Shown here: piece by piece, positions 25,001 through 40,000 of the stretch
Numbering within the stretch: position 1 is the first letter of the stretch
Layout: each line of letters opens with the position of its first letter
DNA from: Balanoglossus misakiensis
Lineage: Eukaryota; Animalia; Hemichordata
Assembly: GCA_040954595.2 (NCBI GenBank)
Contig: CM082578.2
Location: forward strand, 10,857,166-10,921,165
DNA length: 64,000 nt
Direction: 5' to 3'
Made by a program: the position numbers and the translations under genes
The notes under the pieces: generated by a model
Seen by the model: the letters and a program-made list of their open reading frames with translations, nothing else
Database searches by the model: none
What the model was told of the DNA's origin: nothing

Positions 25001-28000
25001 TTATCAAACATCAACTGTTGTAAATATACTGTTAACCAAGAAGTGGGTTTGAAATTCTGAGGCTGGTGTGGTCATGTTAAAAATATAGAGTGGTGCCTGT
25101 TTACTTATAATGTAATAAACTACAAGAGTTATTTGCCTGGAAAATACAATTGGCTGTACATTTTATTTAACATTATCCAATTCTGATAAAATTGGGCAGG
25201 TCACACTGTCATCCGTCACTGATGAGAGAAAAACAAGAATACTCCAGCTACCTTCACAGCCACGGAGGGTAACTTCAGCGAATGGGTCTCTACAGGAGTC
25301 GCATCGCCGGCCAATCACGCCTCGCTTGCACTGACACTGGCCAGTCTCCTGGTCACAATCTCTGCTGTAGGAGCCGACGTCGTAGCAGTCGCATGTGTAG
25401 CACTGTGAACTGTTGGAGGGCCTGTAGGAGTGTTCCTATAAAAAGAAAGACAGGGTTTATCAGGATTGCTCTTCTTGTCTTCCACGAAAAAAAAAGAATA
25501 TCTGTTTTTAAAGTCTGATGCTTATTATCCTTAAACCAACTGTTCTCCATTTTTCTGTTGGACCTGCAAATGTTTGACAGCAAACTTGCCACGTTTGTCA
25601 ACATTCTGCAATATTACATGCAACAGCTCAAACCGCCTTCTGAATCAGATTCTGAAAACTCCCCCAACAGCAGCGAAAAAGGGGTCAAAGGGCAAACAAA
25701 AAAAAGGGGCCTCACCTCACAGTAGCATTCACCAGTGGTCTTGTTACAAGTGCTGTCGTATCCTTTGTCTGTATCGCACGTGCACGGTCCACAGATCGGA
25801 TAGCCCCACCAGCCATTGGTGCAGGGCTGGTCGTCGACGCGGTTCTCACAGTACTGGCCGTAGTACAGTTCTGAGCATGTGCAGCTGTAGCCGTGGGAGG
25901 ACGACTTCATCGCCAGACACTGCGAGCTGTGCTGGCACGGATTCAAAGTATCATCACAGGCGTGGATGCAGTCTTTGCCGTAGTAGCCTGAAAAAATTTA
26001 AAACCGAACACATCAAAAGATCATTAACGGTTGTATTAAACATTAGTGTGTGTTTTTTTAGCGTTCTTGTAGTGGTGCGCTCATTAGACATTTCTTCTTC
26101 AAAAATTTGCACTACACAACAGCTGACCAAACCTAAATGGGATTCTAGGTATTAAACCTTCATTTTCTTTTCTCTGACTGACATCGGTGTCTGTGTTGAA
26201 AGGCAACCATGACAAACAATCCAATCAAACGTGAATGAAAAGAGCCTACATGACACGAATTAGCTCATCTTGGATTGGTTATTATTGCATTTGAAGGCAA
26301 AGAGGCGGTGGGGTTTAACAAAGCAAACGACATGACTCATGATATATAGGCACTCGATTTCCCCGGTAATGAAGGTGTGTCAAGTGGCCATAACTGCGTA
26401 ATTCCACGGTTGTGTGACTCACAGTCGAGCTTGATTCGTTAGCAGCAACTTAAACATAATCTCTTTCCCGCCTGCCCTCCCCCACTCTCTCCCCTCCCTT
26501 TCTGTACAGCACTTCCAAGCTCTCGTCAAAGTCTGCACACCAGTCATAATACTATGGTTCTTTTTCTTTATCATCCATACTGACAACTTGCCATTTTGTA
26601 GCTGAGAAGCACAGAACACCGAAACCAACACCAACAGATGACATTTGCTTTTTTAGTCACATTTGTTCGCTGAAGCCAGTGACTGACGTGTCGTGTATGA
26701 CTCACCTGTCCAGCATTCACAGCGGTAGTCATTCCAGCCATCTATACAGTCACTATTCGCGGGGCACGGGTTGTTTTCACAATGGCTTTCCATGGCACAC
26801 TTGTCGACCGCACTGCCGAACCATACGTCGCTGTCGTCGTCATCGTTGGGACTGCCAATCATCATATCAGAGGCGACTTGCGCTCCCTGCAAAAGGCAAT
26901 GAATGCAATGGTGTTATTAAAAAGGGACAGGTGTTTTAGCATTGAGATTTATTTTCAAATAGATAAAGTTTTGCGCTGTATGTCAACATTAAGAGTGTCC
27001 TTTTATACACACTGAAAAGACACTGCTTTGATGAGAAAAGAACTTGTCGTGTGAATTAATGGCAAGAATCTATCAGTACTAACAGTCAAAAAACCTGGTT
27101 TTCTAATCTCAAACTCGTCCATTAACCAGCGAGTAAAATGCATCTTGTATTCAAGAAAGTGATCCGTCAGTCCAACAGGTTTGCCGAGTATAATCTTACA
27201 ATTTGAACACTTAAAACACTTGACTCTCACAGGAATAACATCTGTGTTTGGGCAATTTTCATGTTCTTCTTCTTGAGCAAAAGTTAACATTGAAATTCAG
27301 AGGAGAATCTCCCAGTGGGAATCAGCGCCTATCTGCAATGCAGCACGCGCGGCCATTGCTGGGCTTCTCTCCAGAATGTTAACTGACCAAATCCAATTAT
27401 TTGAAGCCCCTGCAAGTCTAACGCTCCTATTTCCTAGAGTGAATTATCTCGGCATTCTGCAGGCAGGGCGCGATTCGTGGCTTCATTACGGCCCACATCC
27501 GCAGCGATCACTCCAACCGAATGACAATCGCTCCCTTGATCAGCGCGAGCGCGATTGTCGGAATCTCTCTGGTGCGATGATGATGACATTCATCATTTAT
27601 TCATTCGCTTGACATGCAAACGGCAGAAAAAGCTTTAATTCAGTAGGATGCTTTAATTCGGTTTTCCGGATCCCCGGTGTAATCTCAACGTGTTTTGAGT
27701 CATGATTACGACAAGTTATGTTCTGACATCCAATCCTGCATGCAACACTATCAAGCATACACGATTATTTTTTCCCCACTCTAGTCTAGCAGGGCTGAGC
27801 ATCAATACACAGATCTCTACAAAAGAGACCAATTGGTAGAAACTGCTCTGATATGAGCACATATAACCATCTTTTTCTGGTCACAGTAAAAAAAACGCTA
27901 TTGAAGACGCACCTCTATACATCCAGTGAAAGGTGAGTCGACACCATCCTCAGTTGGTTGTCCACCGAGAACAACTCCTTGTACCTGCAGTCCGCTAACA

Positions 28001-31000
28001 TAGTCTTCTACGTTGATTGAATTCTGTTATTGAAGGAAAAAATACAACCAATGCTTGAATTAACCTCACATCTCTCTCTGTCAAATAAATCTCTCACCGC
28101 TCCCTCTCTATCAATGAGAGTATAAAATTCAAATGTTGTTATTGACATAGTGTCCAATTCATCTTCCATATAGATACCAGTTGAATTGGGAAAAGAACCA
28201 ATTTCAGGTATAGTGTTTCTCTGTTTAATAATGGCATATTCTGTATTTTTAAAATCTTTCCAACACAACAAATTTACATTTGAACACTACATCTGAGCAA
28301 GGTTGACTGCATTTTGACGTGGGACAGAGACACATAATGTGATCGGTCTGCATACCATGTACTTTCCGTGGTCCAGACTCAAGACAATCTGCCCGTTTTT
28401 CCACTCTCCGATCATACTGTGCCATTCGCCGTCGTTCACTCGCACATCCGGAATAGACACTGTGTTGGAAGAGAACTTGTACTGTATGTATCCGTCAACA
28501 ATCTGGAAATTGGAATGGAAAAAGAAGAAAAAAATTACACGTCAACTTGTTGGAGATAAAAATTTGCCACACAAAAAAATGTCCACACAGCTATCCTTTA
28601 TGCATCTGAGCGATATTTTTTTCAGTTAAGTACTCTTGGATCGTTTTTCCCCGCTCGTGGCTATCAACTATCTGGAAGCAAAAGCCACACCTTGCAGCTG
28701 GAATAACACCGGCTAGGAAGCTGGAATTGAAAACGGTAGGGAAATTGTGCTTGCAAAAATATTTGTTTCCAATCAATAGATGAGTGTGATGCACTTAGAA
28801 TGAGGACCTAGCGTGGGATACGCAGTTTCAGGTGAGATGAATCATTTCACTAAAGTAGACACCCAACACGTTATCAGGCTATCTACTCCACGATCACACT
28901 TCTCAGAGCTCCTGTTGCAATTCCTTCCTCTTTGTCTTCATCTTCAACATGTTTGAGATTGAGATGCTACTCTGCCTGAGAGTCAATAACACCTGCATGT
29001 AAAACACCTCAGGTTGCCACGGCGAGAGATATCTGATGGATGCATCGCGTCAATCAAAATATTCAAACACTGCCGAGAAAAAAGGACTTGCGTTTCTCGC
29101 GCCATTCATGTTCCGAGTTTCATTACTTGCTACATTTATAAATGTTAGCCCAAGGGGTGTTAGCTAGGTTCTAAAGTAGCTAGACAATTTTCAAAATTTG
29201 TCAGTTAAGAACCTTAGTGCAGCCAAGGTCAATTTGGTCTAACTTGCATATGCCCGTATCTGGTTAAAGGGGATGTCTTGCATCTTCTGATGACAATGTG
29301 ATGGAGCACGTTTTGGGGTGGCCTTCCAAGTGAAAATCTGTGAATGGCTACATTTCAACCTCCCATGCCAACTGTGGTTATATCTGCATATAAGGTGACA
29401 GCGTACATCATGCTGAACATACCTGGATGTGGACCTGGGCGTAGTTTCCTGGGCTGACCACCATCAGCATTCCATCCTCAGCAAACGTTCTAAACATCAA
29501 GGTGTTCTTCCATGGCAGAGTAATGGGCGTATTACTACCAGGAAATTTGACGTAACCGTCGCCATAGAAGCGGATATCTCCAGGTTTGGCTGCAAATTTG
29601 AAATTTTACAATATCTATATTAGTTCCACAACCTTTTTAACAAAATTATGGTAAACAACATGCCAATGCAAAACTAAAGATACTGACTTTAATAATCTTA
29701 TTAGGAATCAAACAATTTGAAAATTCATCAATCATGTGCCATGTTTCGAAAATGCACTTCGAAACCTTCACTTTAACTTTAGCATCCCAGAAGTCATTCT
29801 GATATATAATTGTTTTTCTCATAAAAAAACACACACACTCCACTTACATTCTTGACAGTTTGGGCCACCGTAGTTGGGGCGGCACTGGCAGGAGTAACGA
29901 TTCCACTCATTGGTGCAGGTGCCTCCGTTTTCACACGGATTGCTCGCGCAGAAATCGCCCTTGGCGCGGCAGCCCCTGTTTGTCCCGTTGTTGGCCACAA
30001 AGCTGTCCAAGTCCAGCAGCTCGTGGTTGATGTAGACGTCCCTGATGCAGCCCACGTAGTCTTTGTTGCGGATGGGGAAATCCTCCGGCAGACTGGCCAG
30101 GCCGCCCAACATGAACGGACCGGTGAGATCCAGGTACCTGTATCTGAAACGATGGATGGAACAAGCGGTTATATTCTCTTAACCATACCTTGAGGAGACC
30201 AATTTACAGAATGGACAGTATCCATAGCAACACATAATCCAAAAAAATCTGTCTCTTCGGGTGGTGAAACTTTCCTTCAAAAGCTGACTGAAACACCTGA
30301 CTACCTGACTATTTTCTTGACACTTCGAGGGTTTTGTGGCATCTTTCAAATGCCAAGTCTAGATTTGTTTCTGCACCTGAGGTTTAGCCAGCATTAACAC
30401 AATCTAAAATCTTCTAATCTGACATTTTAAGTGACTCTATTAGTGGCAAAAGCAGATTTTTTAAATACAGAAGACAGTCTGAATGCCAGTGGCATAAGCA
30501 GATTTTGCAGATCTGCTGTCTTGTAAATACCAAGCTTGGATTTGTATTTGTGTCCGTCCCCACAAGGATGGAATATAAACCTCTCTGCCTGTGAGTGACC
30601 TGCCATCAACTTTCATTTCAGTGCAAAAGAGGCTTTTATTAAACTTCAGTAAATTTCATGTCGATATAGAAACCAAGTTCTACGACATCTACAATTCAAA
30701 TCGGAGCAAACGTTACAGTGATTATCATGTTTGTGTCATTATCCACAGATACACGTTTGACCGAGTCAGGAAGGAGTGGGTTTTCTGAAATCAAGGGATA
30801 TGCAACATTTACCTGTTTCCCGATAACCTAGGCAACGTGGTACTGGCCGCACAAGTGTAGTTGCCGATGACATCACCAAATTGCACGGCCATGGCTGTGT
30901 CGCAGTCGTCCACGGTTAAAGTGGCAGTCTAGAATAGAAACAGACAAATAAAGAAAAAAACATACATTGAAAAAATTTCACAAAACAAAACTGTGACCAC

Positions 31001-34000
31001 GCAGTCTCTTATACTACGTGTAAACTTTTGGTTTTATAAATTGTGTCGGGAAACAATCTGGGGTCAAAGGTTGAGAGGAGAAAGCTCGGGGATACAGTTG
31101 GGATGGAAAAATTGGAATCTACTTCTCACTATCTGAGCATGTCATCAAAACGTGTAAAAAACACTTCTTTGATGGTGGCAAACGGAGCATACAACACAAA
31201 TCTGGGACTAAACTTCAATGATTGATGCAGTGACCCCTCAAGTGTCACACGGGTTCAATTAACAGACACCAACATGTACATTATGTACACACAACCTTTG
31301 TCCAGCCCAAGACACCCTATACTTGCTGGGCTCAAAATTTATAGCTTTTCTTCGCTGTTCTCAGTGAGAAGTGATCCTTGACAAAACCTTCGTAATTTAT
31401 GACGCTGTTGTCTGTGATTTATCTATCTTTTACAGTGATATGTTTTATTTATCTGGGGGCAGTATCTCACGCCCTCTTGAGGGCAGCAGTCATGAGCTAC
31501 AACGGTGCATTTACAATGACCACCACCGCTACCACCACCATCACCAGCAGAGGAGCTTTTATTCAACAGGAGTGTGGTAGCCTTGTTTTCTGTAATGCTT
31601 TGGTTCATTCAAAAGCAAATATTTTCTGTGCAAATTTGTTATCTGAAGTGAAGGTCTGATTCTAACAGGTGATGATACACAGAAGAGGTAGTACTGCTGT
31701 TTTAGCGGAAATATTCCTGATGTTGTTTTTCGACGTGTTCTTCACTGCATAACATAACATAATGGAGCAGGTTCTCTAAATCAGTAGTCGGAAAATCCTA
31801 ACCCCTGCCCCACCCCCTGTGAATAATGCTACGATCCATACACTGACCTCACGGTAATTCCTGCCAGCATCAATTAATTCAAGGCGGCATGCAAATCCTA
31901 TCACTTAGGTCAATGGCAAGTCATCAGAAGTTCAAGGGCAGAAAGCCACAAAGTACCTGTAAAGCACCCCTTGCCACAACAAAGGGCAATAGGGACATTT
32001 GAAAGCACAGGAAAAGGCCAACCTTGAACACTTTCAAACTTTGCAAGTGCCCTGAATTCCCCCAAACGGCACAATACAATGAAGTACTTTCTAAACAAAA
32101 AACTGAACAGATAGCTGCCCTTACCAGGGCGTTGAAACACTTAGTAATTCACCGACATGGTGAAAAGTCTCATTCTATCATCCCACCTGTCCACAATACA
32201 GACACTCATGAGGACCTTTACAGCATTCAATTATTTCATTTGCATAGGAACAAAAACTTTATACATTGACAAAAAAAGAAGTACAGCAGTTTTGAATTAC
32301 AGGTAACCAAGCAAGAGCACATCTTAAAACTTTTCTTTTTTGGCTTCGGGGCAAGTTATTGTAAAAGAGAACCACGTTGATTCAATACAACACGGTACAT
32401 TAGGCCTCAGTCGTCGCTTTGTGAGGCAGCCCAGTGGAAGGCTGCAAAATGACCGCCTCGTTTTTTCTTCTTCTTCTTCTGATGCCCTGTTCTATTTTGC
32501 AAGGTCTGCTCAGTAATTACCGACAGCCTTGGTCGGGTAAACACAGGGTGAAGTTGATTAGACGGACTTGTTTCGCGACAAATCAACCTTGTCTCATCAG
32601 AGAGCGAACAACAAAGGGTCAGCCGACTTCACACCACTGGGACAGGAATCGCGGTTTAGTAAACAATGTCGGGAATTTGACTTTTAAAATGGAGAGTTGT
32701 ATTTCCAATAAAACAGGGGTACGTGTTTAACTATCAAAGGCAATGACTGGATTGACTGTTGAAAGAAACCTTTTCTGTTTTTCTGTAACAGTTGCATCGT
32801 GTTCTATGACCGCATACAAGCCAGCTCCACTTAGCCGGGCAACACCGTCTAAATACAAATGACGCTACAAAACTCTGTCGCTACCCACACTGCATGGAAA
32901 CACATCTGTCGCCATGAAGAAAAAAATTGCTACAAAGCCGTTGGCCATCGATTTTAATGCACACCTGGGGGGCTTCCTGTTCTGAAAAGAGCAAGTTGTC
33001 GCTTGTCGGGCGGCTTTCAATTTTTAAAGAGTCCACAAGAAACAAAACCCGAACAGCAAGCCGCACACAACAGTTAACCATGAGACTCTTTTCTTTCCCG
33101 TTGCTGTTACAGACTCACTACCCCTGCAGCCCGTCTGGCTCAAATTACAAGACATTAATGGGTGGCAATGTAGAAATTAATTTAATAACATCAAGGAGAC
33201 CCGTGTTGGAGAGTCTTTAAGGACCTTCACGAATTTAGTGGGAATCACAGCTATACGATCACAGAAGTTTCAATTTACAATGGAGTTGAAAAAGACCGAA
33301 TATCACTTTACTGCAGCAATGAGATATCGCACATATCCACGAGGAAAATTACTCCAGAATTCTCAACAGCGCAGATGTTCAAATTTCATTTTTTTTTAAA
33401 CACCGGCAGGCTGTTTTCTTTTTTAGGATAGAGAAGATTGTTTTCAAGGGGCAAATGGAAAGACACCGAGTCTGAAGAGCCACTCTGACACTTGTACATG
33501 CAAGCGCCAGCCAACTGCAATTGCTTCCTATGATGGGTCAGGCAAGTCGGTTCTACTGAGAACTACGGGTGGGCATACTATGTCATAGATGGAGGCCAAT
33601 TAGAGATGTGTGTTAGCATGAACAGAACTGCACTTTGGTGACTGGTTTCATTGCAGATACCTTTCATCAAAAGTGCAGTTTATTCATTTTCTTCCACTAT
33701 CTCATGACTCAAATGACTTCACTGATTGGCACATTACTGTGACACACACCTGCTGTTTGGATCATTCAAATTATGTTCTAATGGAAATTGTGAAATTACA
33801 TTTGGCATGCTTGGGCAAGCCTCGGCAGGCAAAAGTTCTCCACACAAGAATGTTTAACACCAGACAGGGACATATTGTACTTGTTGGTTTATTTTGATCG
33901 GTTGTGGCAACACACTTCACTCAGAAGTACATTAAACCATTACTGGGTCAGAAAAATTGTTTCAACTTGCAACATTTGCCTGTGCTCTAGCGGTTGTTTC

Positions 34001-37000
34001 AAAAACAGATGGACATTTGCATGTGCTTCAAGAAACCCAGCCATTTAAACACTGCACCCAGCCTATGGGCGGTTTTTGTTTTCCAACAAAATCCATTTTT
34101 ATATGGAGCCTGCCACTGCAGAGGTACAATACGGCCAAGTAGTGATGCTTTGCATAAAAGTTTGAATCATTTGTGCATTACAAATTCCTCAGTTGTCACA
34201 TCTTGCAGGTAGATCGACCGACCGACCGACAGCTCTGAGCAATATTTTAGCTAACTTGAGACATGCATATATGCAGTCTTCAACCTCTTTGCTTGAATGA
34301 CTTCTTCCAAACATCAAAGATTTTTAAGCTTCCGGATTATCCACCGCGATTTGAAATGTCACTCGACAATCAGCCTTTGTTGAAATCGCACCTGAGACAA
34401 TGTAATCAAATCTCACCGGTTGAGGTGTCTTAATTTCACAGTAACGTTTGATGCTGTGATCAAAATAAAAAAAATCCAGATGAATCACAATGTACGTAGC
34501 AAATTACAAGAGTCGAAAAAATCAGCGACTGTGTTCATTCCGCCACTTACAGCCGCGGAAGAGATTCCAGACGACATCACGGGGTGTACTGGGAATTTGT
34601 GCTTTCTTCCGAGTAACTTAAATTTGACATATTAGGAGACGTTTGGGCTGAAATTACAGAATTCTCGGGATAAGTTTACATTTTTTACACAATACAGAGT
34701 GCAGTCGGGTGTGCAGAGGAAGTAGTTCTGACTCATCGAGACGCGGAACTCCATTCTGCATTGTCTTGGCCGGCCGGAGTCTCTCTGCAGGCAGAGTTGA
34801 ATTTAACACAGACAGACATTAATACCCTTCCTTGGCATGAGTTCACCATCACGCTTCAATCCACTTGCGCGTTTTTCAGAAGAAATAAAAGCGGTCTCCT
34901 CAAGACTGTAATAATCAAAGAATATGATTGGATAGCTCCTGGGCATACTTGGAAAGGAATGACTCACTTTCTTTGTCTTGAAAAGGAAAAAAAAAGCGAG
35001 ATCTTCACACTTCTGGCCACTGTGTGTCACTTGTGAGAATGCAAACTCTCTGCTCTATCGCCTGAGAATTGCTGGTAACATTTTCGGCCATGTGTATCAC
35101 AAAGGGTAATCTGGCTTTAAAATGAATATGCAAATTAGGACATAACTTATGAATATTCATAAACTATCACCACTGACACTTTTCCACGCACTGTCTTCCT
35201 ATAAAAGTGGCTTTCATCTTTAAAAGGTATCAAAAAATTTTGAAACATGCATCATTTTTTCTCTTAATTTGTAACAAAATCACTTATGGCTTCATAAGAA
35301 AGAAGACAATTCCCAGAAGATGAATGAACCCTCGGAATAAGGTCATCTGTTATCAACCCAGCAGTACAGAGGCCACGTCTTGACACTTCCCCGACATGAC
35401 TTCCATGAATTCCAAACACGCGAATTTCACAGAAACAAAATTACATACATAATTCACCGCACCACTGACACTGTCATCCCCATGTCATGCTCTGCATACA
35501 ACTTACAAATATTTCATTTCCCAGGTGGCGAACCGTTCTGGCAATTTCACGATGAAAAGCTTTCACAATTTCTCTACTTGGGGGAGGAAACTCAAACCAA
35601 TAACCACTTTTCCATTTCAACTTCAAAAGATTAGGCAGATTACCGCAGTTGTGGGAATTAATTTGGACGCATTTCAGGACACAGAGATGATAATTTTTCT
35701 AAATTAGACAGCTTCGTCTCTTATATAACGAACCTATGTGTGAACAGTCTGATATTTAACAACTGCCATACTATAAAGAAGCACAGTATACCACTGCACT
35801 GCACACCCACGAGTTACTGCGACTGGGATTTGATCAGTATGGAAGGCGGCGTTCCCCGGCTCAAAACTCACTCAAAGAGAGAACAAGGATGGGATATAAT
35901 AGAACAACTAGTCAAATTACTCCTCCGCTTCAATTGATGCCTGTGGATGTATCGCCATGACTACTGGACTGGACTAACAACCTCGGAAGAAACTACGTCG
36001 GCAATTATTCACAATCAACATTGACAAACCGACCCTAGAATTTCAAACAGCAAACGCGCAGTGTGAGGCCTGCAAAACCCAATTGATGCGATTATCGGCT
36101 TTTTCCCTGAATGCTCAAAGCCACAGATTCTTTCTCTTTCTATTTGCCCACTGCAAAGTGTGTCTTTTGGGGGTTGGTGGGGAGGGAACCTTGGGATAAT
36201 ATGTGACCAGAGAGGAAAATACACTAGGAAGATGGGCTTTCCAGATAAAAAAAGAGAAAAACACACATAATCCAATGTTCAGTCTGAACTCAAACATAGT
36301 TCAGCTTCCTCATCAATCATTGCCTTTATTTCTAATAAATTTCTCAAGAATTGATGAGTTTTCATTAAAATGTGATGGATAACGTGTCTTACAGGAGATA
36401 CATTTTTCATACAGCTCAGTTTCCCGTTTCTTGTCAGGTTAAAGTGTACTTAAGAAGACAGGACAGAAGCCAATTAATGGGTACAATTCAAAAAAACACC
36501 TTCAGAAAACAAGCAGAGACATGCTTCACATATTTCTTGTAAATTTTTGTCATGGACATATCCATCACAGTGAACATGAAAACTGATGATGGAGGTCTAT
36601 TTCCATCAAATCAACATCTTATATGATGGGATTGGCACACCATCCCCGACCATCCTTATGCACATTGACCTTTGACCTAAAGAGCCTAACTCCATTTTTT
36701 TTGCAAAAATAGTCTGGTCTTGGGCTTTTCTTTTTTTTGCACAATTTGAGTAAATTTCTTACAAGTCTTCCTTTTTTGAACACTTTTAGCATTGACTTCT
36801 CATGTATGGCAAGTTACATAAAATAGAATAAAGATGTTTCAAACCGTGTAAGGTCACATGAATGTGTGTGTGTGTGTGTGAACAGGTGGTGTACACTTAC
36901 TTTATCCAGGTAATCAATCGTAGCAAGGTGCCACATGCCATCGCTGACCCCGCCCGGAATGGTCGCCATCACTTTCGCGGTTTCCTTTCCCGTGTTGAAG

Positions 37001-40000
37001 GAAAACTGCAGTTGGCCATTGATGATTTCCAAGGCGATAAAATCATGCTTCTCATTATATCGACCGTTGTAGAAGAGCAGTGCGTTGGTGCCCAGTGTAA
37101 CAAATCTGGGGGGTGAGAAAAGGGGGGAAAAACAGACGCATGAGATGAAACTACCTGACTGATCTCGTGGGGTAATTAAAACATACCTCCAGGTGATAAC
37201 CTCAACAGTTGACGACTTTCAAGGCTTATGCTACCATTATTCCTAATTGATCATGTTTTGTTTTGGTTACTCGTTATGGCTACAGCCCAGGGCCCGGCCA
37301 AAAACATCACCCCATGACCGGCCGGTAGGGGCTTATCCATTATAATCAGGCAATTGGGTCATTTGTAAATGGCTAGCTAGCGGTGCCCCCCTGTAACTGG
37401 CCAATGTGGGATAATATGCTTAAAAACACACACAAGGAGTCACAAACTCTGGAGTAGAGATCTAACACACACACACATGGCTATTCATTAAAAGTATAGA
37501 AACCCCACAAGTATAATCAGAGTCTGCATTTGGTTTTCCTTGTCTCAATGTTTTACGATAATTTCTATTGAATACTGAAATATGTTCCACACCTACGGCA
37601 AATTTGAGAAGAAATCTGAGAAGTATTTGTAATATTTTCTTACGGGATAAATTACTGATATTACAATACCCTCGGATCTATTAAATAAGTACACACGAAG
37701 TTCTTTCAAGACTGTTTGCAGTTGTGATAGACCGCGCCTGTGGATGCTGGCCCCAATCAATTAGGAAGACTCCCGTTTCAGTCTTGGAAACCCAGACAAA
37801 TCTAATTTTCCATGCGTGTTCTCCAGTTGCACTTGTCTGCAGACAGTCTCGCTTCCTTCTCCTGTCCGCGAAAACATTCGCAACAACAACGAGATGCCTT
37901 TCTCTGGCGGGTGCAAATCCCTGGTGTTTGTCCGAGAGAGAGAGAGAGACCGCGAGAGAGTCACTCAAAGACCTTCTACGATTTCAAATCAACTCTAACA
38001 GGGCCGCGCCATCTCAATTTACCGCTACATAGCCGGTGGACGCGGGGGGCCATCCCGCTTTCTTTCTCACCCTCTGGTTAAATCAATTCTGGTGCGGATT
38101 GTTGAGAAGTCCGAGGAGAGTGTCAGACAGCTGGAAAATTGAACCGCACTGACATTCCGGGCTCCTAATTACATGGATTTTTTTTTGCCTTGGGAGTCGG
38201 TGAAGACAGGAATAGAGAACAGGTGGTAGCTGGAGCAGAGCCATGCAAGTAGTGCCGTAACTGCTGGCCATGGAATTGCGCTCAACATTTTTTTTTCTTC
38301 TTCCTTTTTTTTTATAAAAATTTTCAAGGTACAGCTAAATACACACTTGCCCTCTGGGAAGAGTTTGCTCACACTCTCTGATTAATTCACATTTAGCAAA
38401 ACACGGAGTTTAATTGCAAGGGTAAACATATATACTGCACCATAGGCAGCAAATTGAGAGCGTGCAATCTAGCTGTGTGCTCAGCTGATGTGCACTTCCA
38501 TTACAACAAACGTTACGAGCAAGAATTTTTTTTTCCAAGACGGGGGTCATAATCCGTTTCCTGTTTTATGAACATTATTGATTAATTCATCCACTTGAAA
38601 GTGTCTGTATTAGGAATTTATTCTTCACACCAACACCACACACCTTTCCCGTTTTCCAGCACGGTATTTCGGACAAGAATTTCTTACCTGAGTGATATGG
38701 TCATGCGGAACCTGCTCCGTAACGCAGCGAAGGTCACAAACGATCCCGCCGGAAAGTTCCGAGTCGTGACTTCGCAAAACTTCGAGTAGTAGTCCTCGCC
38801 GCACGTGCACTCGAAGCCGCCCACGCTCAGGTGGTTGAAACACTGGAAGCCGTTCTTGCAGAGGCCAGGCGAGCAGCGGCCATTCCGACTGTCAAATTCA
38901 CAGTTTTGTCCTGAGGAGAGAGAGAGAGAAAGAGAGAACGCACTGTTTTAGAGTCTGTAGCAATAAACATTTAGTAATATTTCCAATCTCACACTCTTGT
39001 CATTCTGCGTGTCACAACACATCCATCACACAGCAGTCAACGCACCTGGTGTGGTAATTTAATAGGCAATTTAGCTGAAAAATTATCATTCCTGCGGCAA
39101 TTTTTTAAAATATGATTTCCTCTTCAAAAGGCGGACAGATGGATAGCTATGTGCTTCCCCCCCCCCCCTTTCCATATTACACTTGGATGCTTATTCTAGT
39201 TTCTTCATCATTCATTTCCATTTACAAAATTGGCATCAGTGTCTTTCAAAGTCATCTATCTCACTTCGCATCTGAACTGTAGACAAATCTAATTATGTAC
39301 TGTACAACGTAATTATGTTGACGAAAAATGACAGGGAAGCTTCCCGCCACAGCAAAGTACTCGAACCAACTAAATCTGTAGTTCAAATTGAAATACCGGT
39401 AACCGCCTTCAAAATTATTTGAGGGAATTTCAGACTACGTTTATTCAGGAGAGACAGAAAACTGGTATAGTGTCGGGGCGTAAACATTTTCAAGCTGACG
39501 GTAGGCGGCAAAATTTTGCAAAGCATTCATTTTCATGGTGCTCAATATTCCCCTGGAGGTGCGCTTTTGAGATGCAGCGTCTGACAAGTCTGAATGCATC
39601 GCTCGCGTTTGATTTGAAGTACGGTACTTTTTTTATGAGACGGATTGCAGGCAGAGGGAAGTGTGTGTAAAATGGGCAATACACACAGCTCTCTGATGAA
39701 TAATAACACTCCTCTCTGTATGAAAAGAGAAAATCTCAAGCCCCATTCACGGTTCTTGCATCATCAGTTATTTATTGGATCGACGCCATCAATGCCAGAT
39801 ATACGTCGCCAGGAATTTTCACTCAGAAACACGCAACGCTCTTGTCACGTGAAAGAAATGCAAGGAAATTTTGCATCCTATCAGAGAAATGTTTTTTCTG
39901 CAATTATTCTTTCTTTAACAGAATTTGAAGATCATGGAAAGGTCTTGATGCCATTTTGAAAGGAGGCGTCGCTACGACTGTTTGAGCTGTCTGGTAGAAT

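Noticed and set aside
25574-26155. 193-aa plus-strand ORF
   Set aside because: Antisense shadow of GC-rich CELSR EGF exon; no domain-like features.
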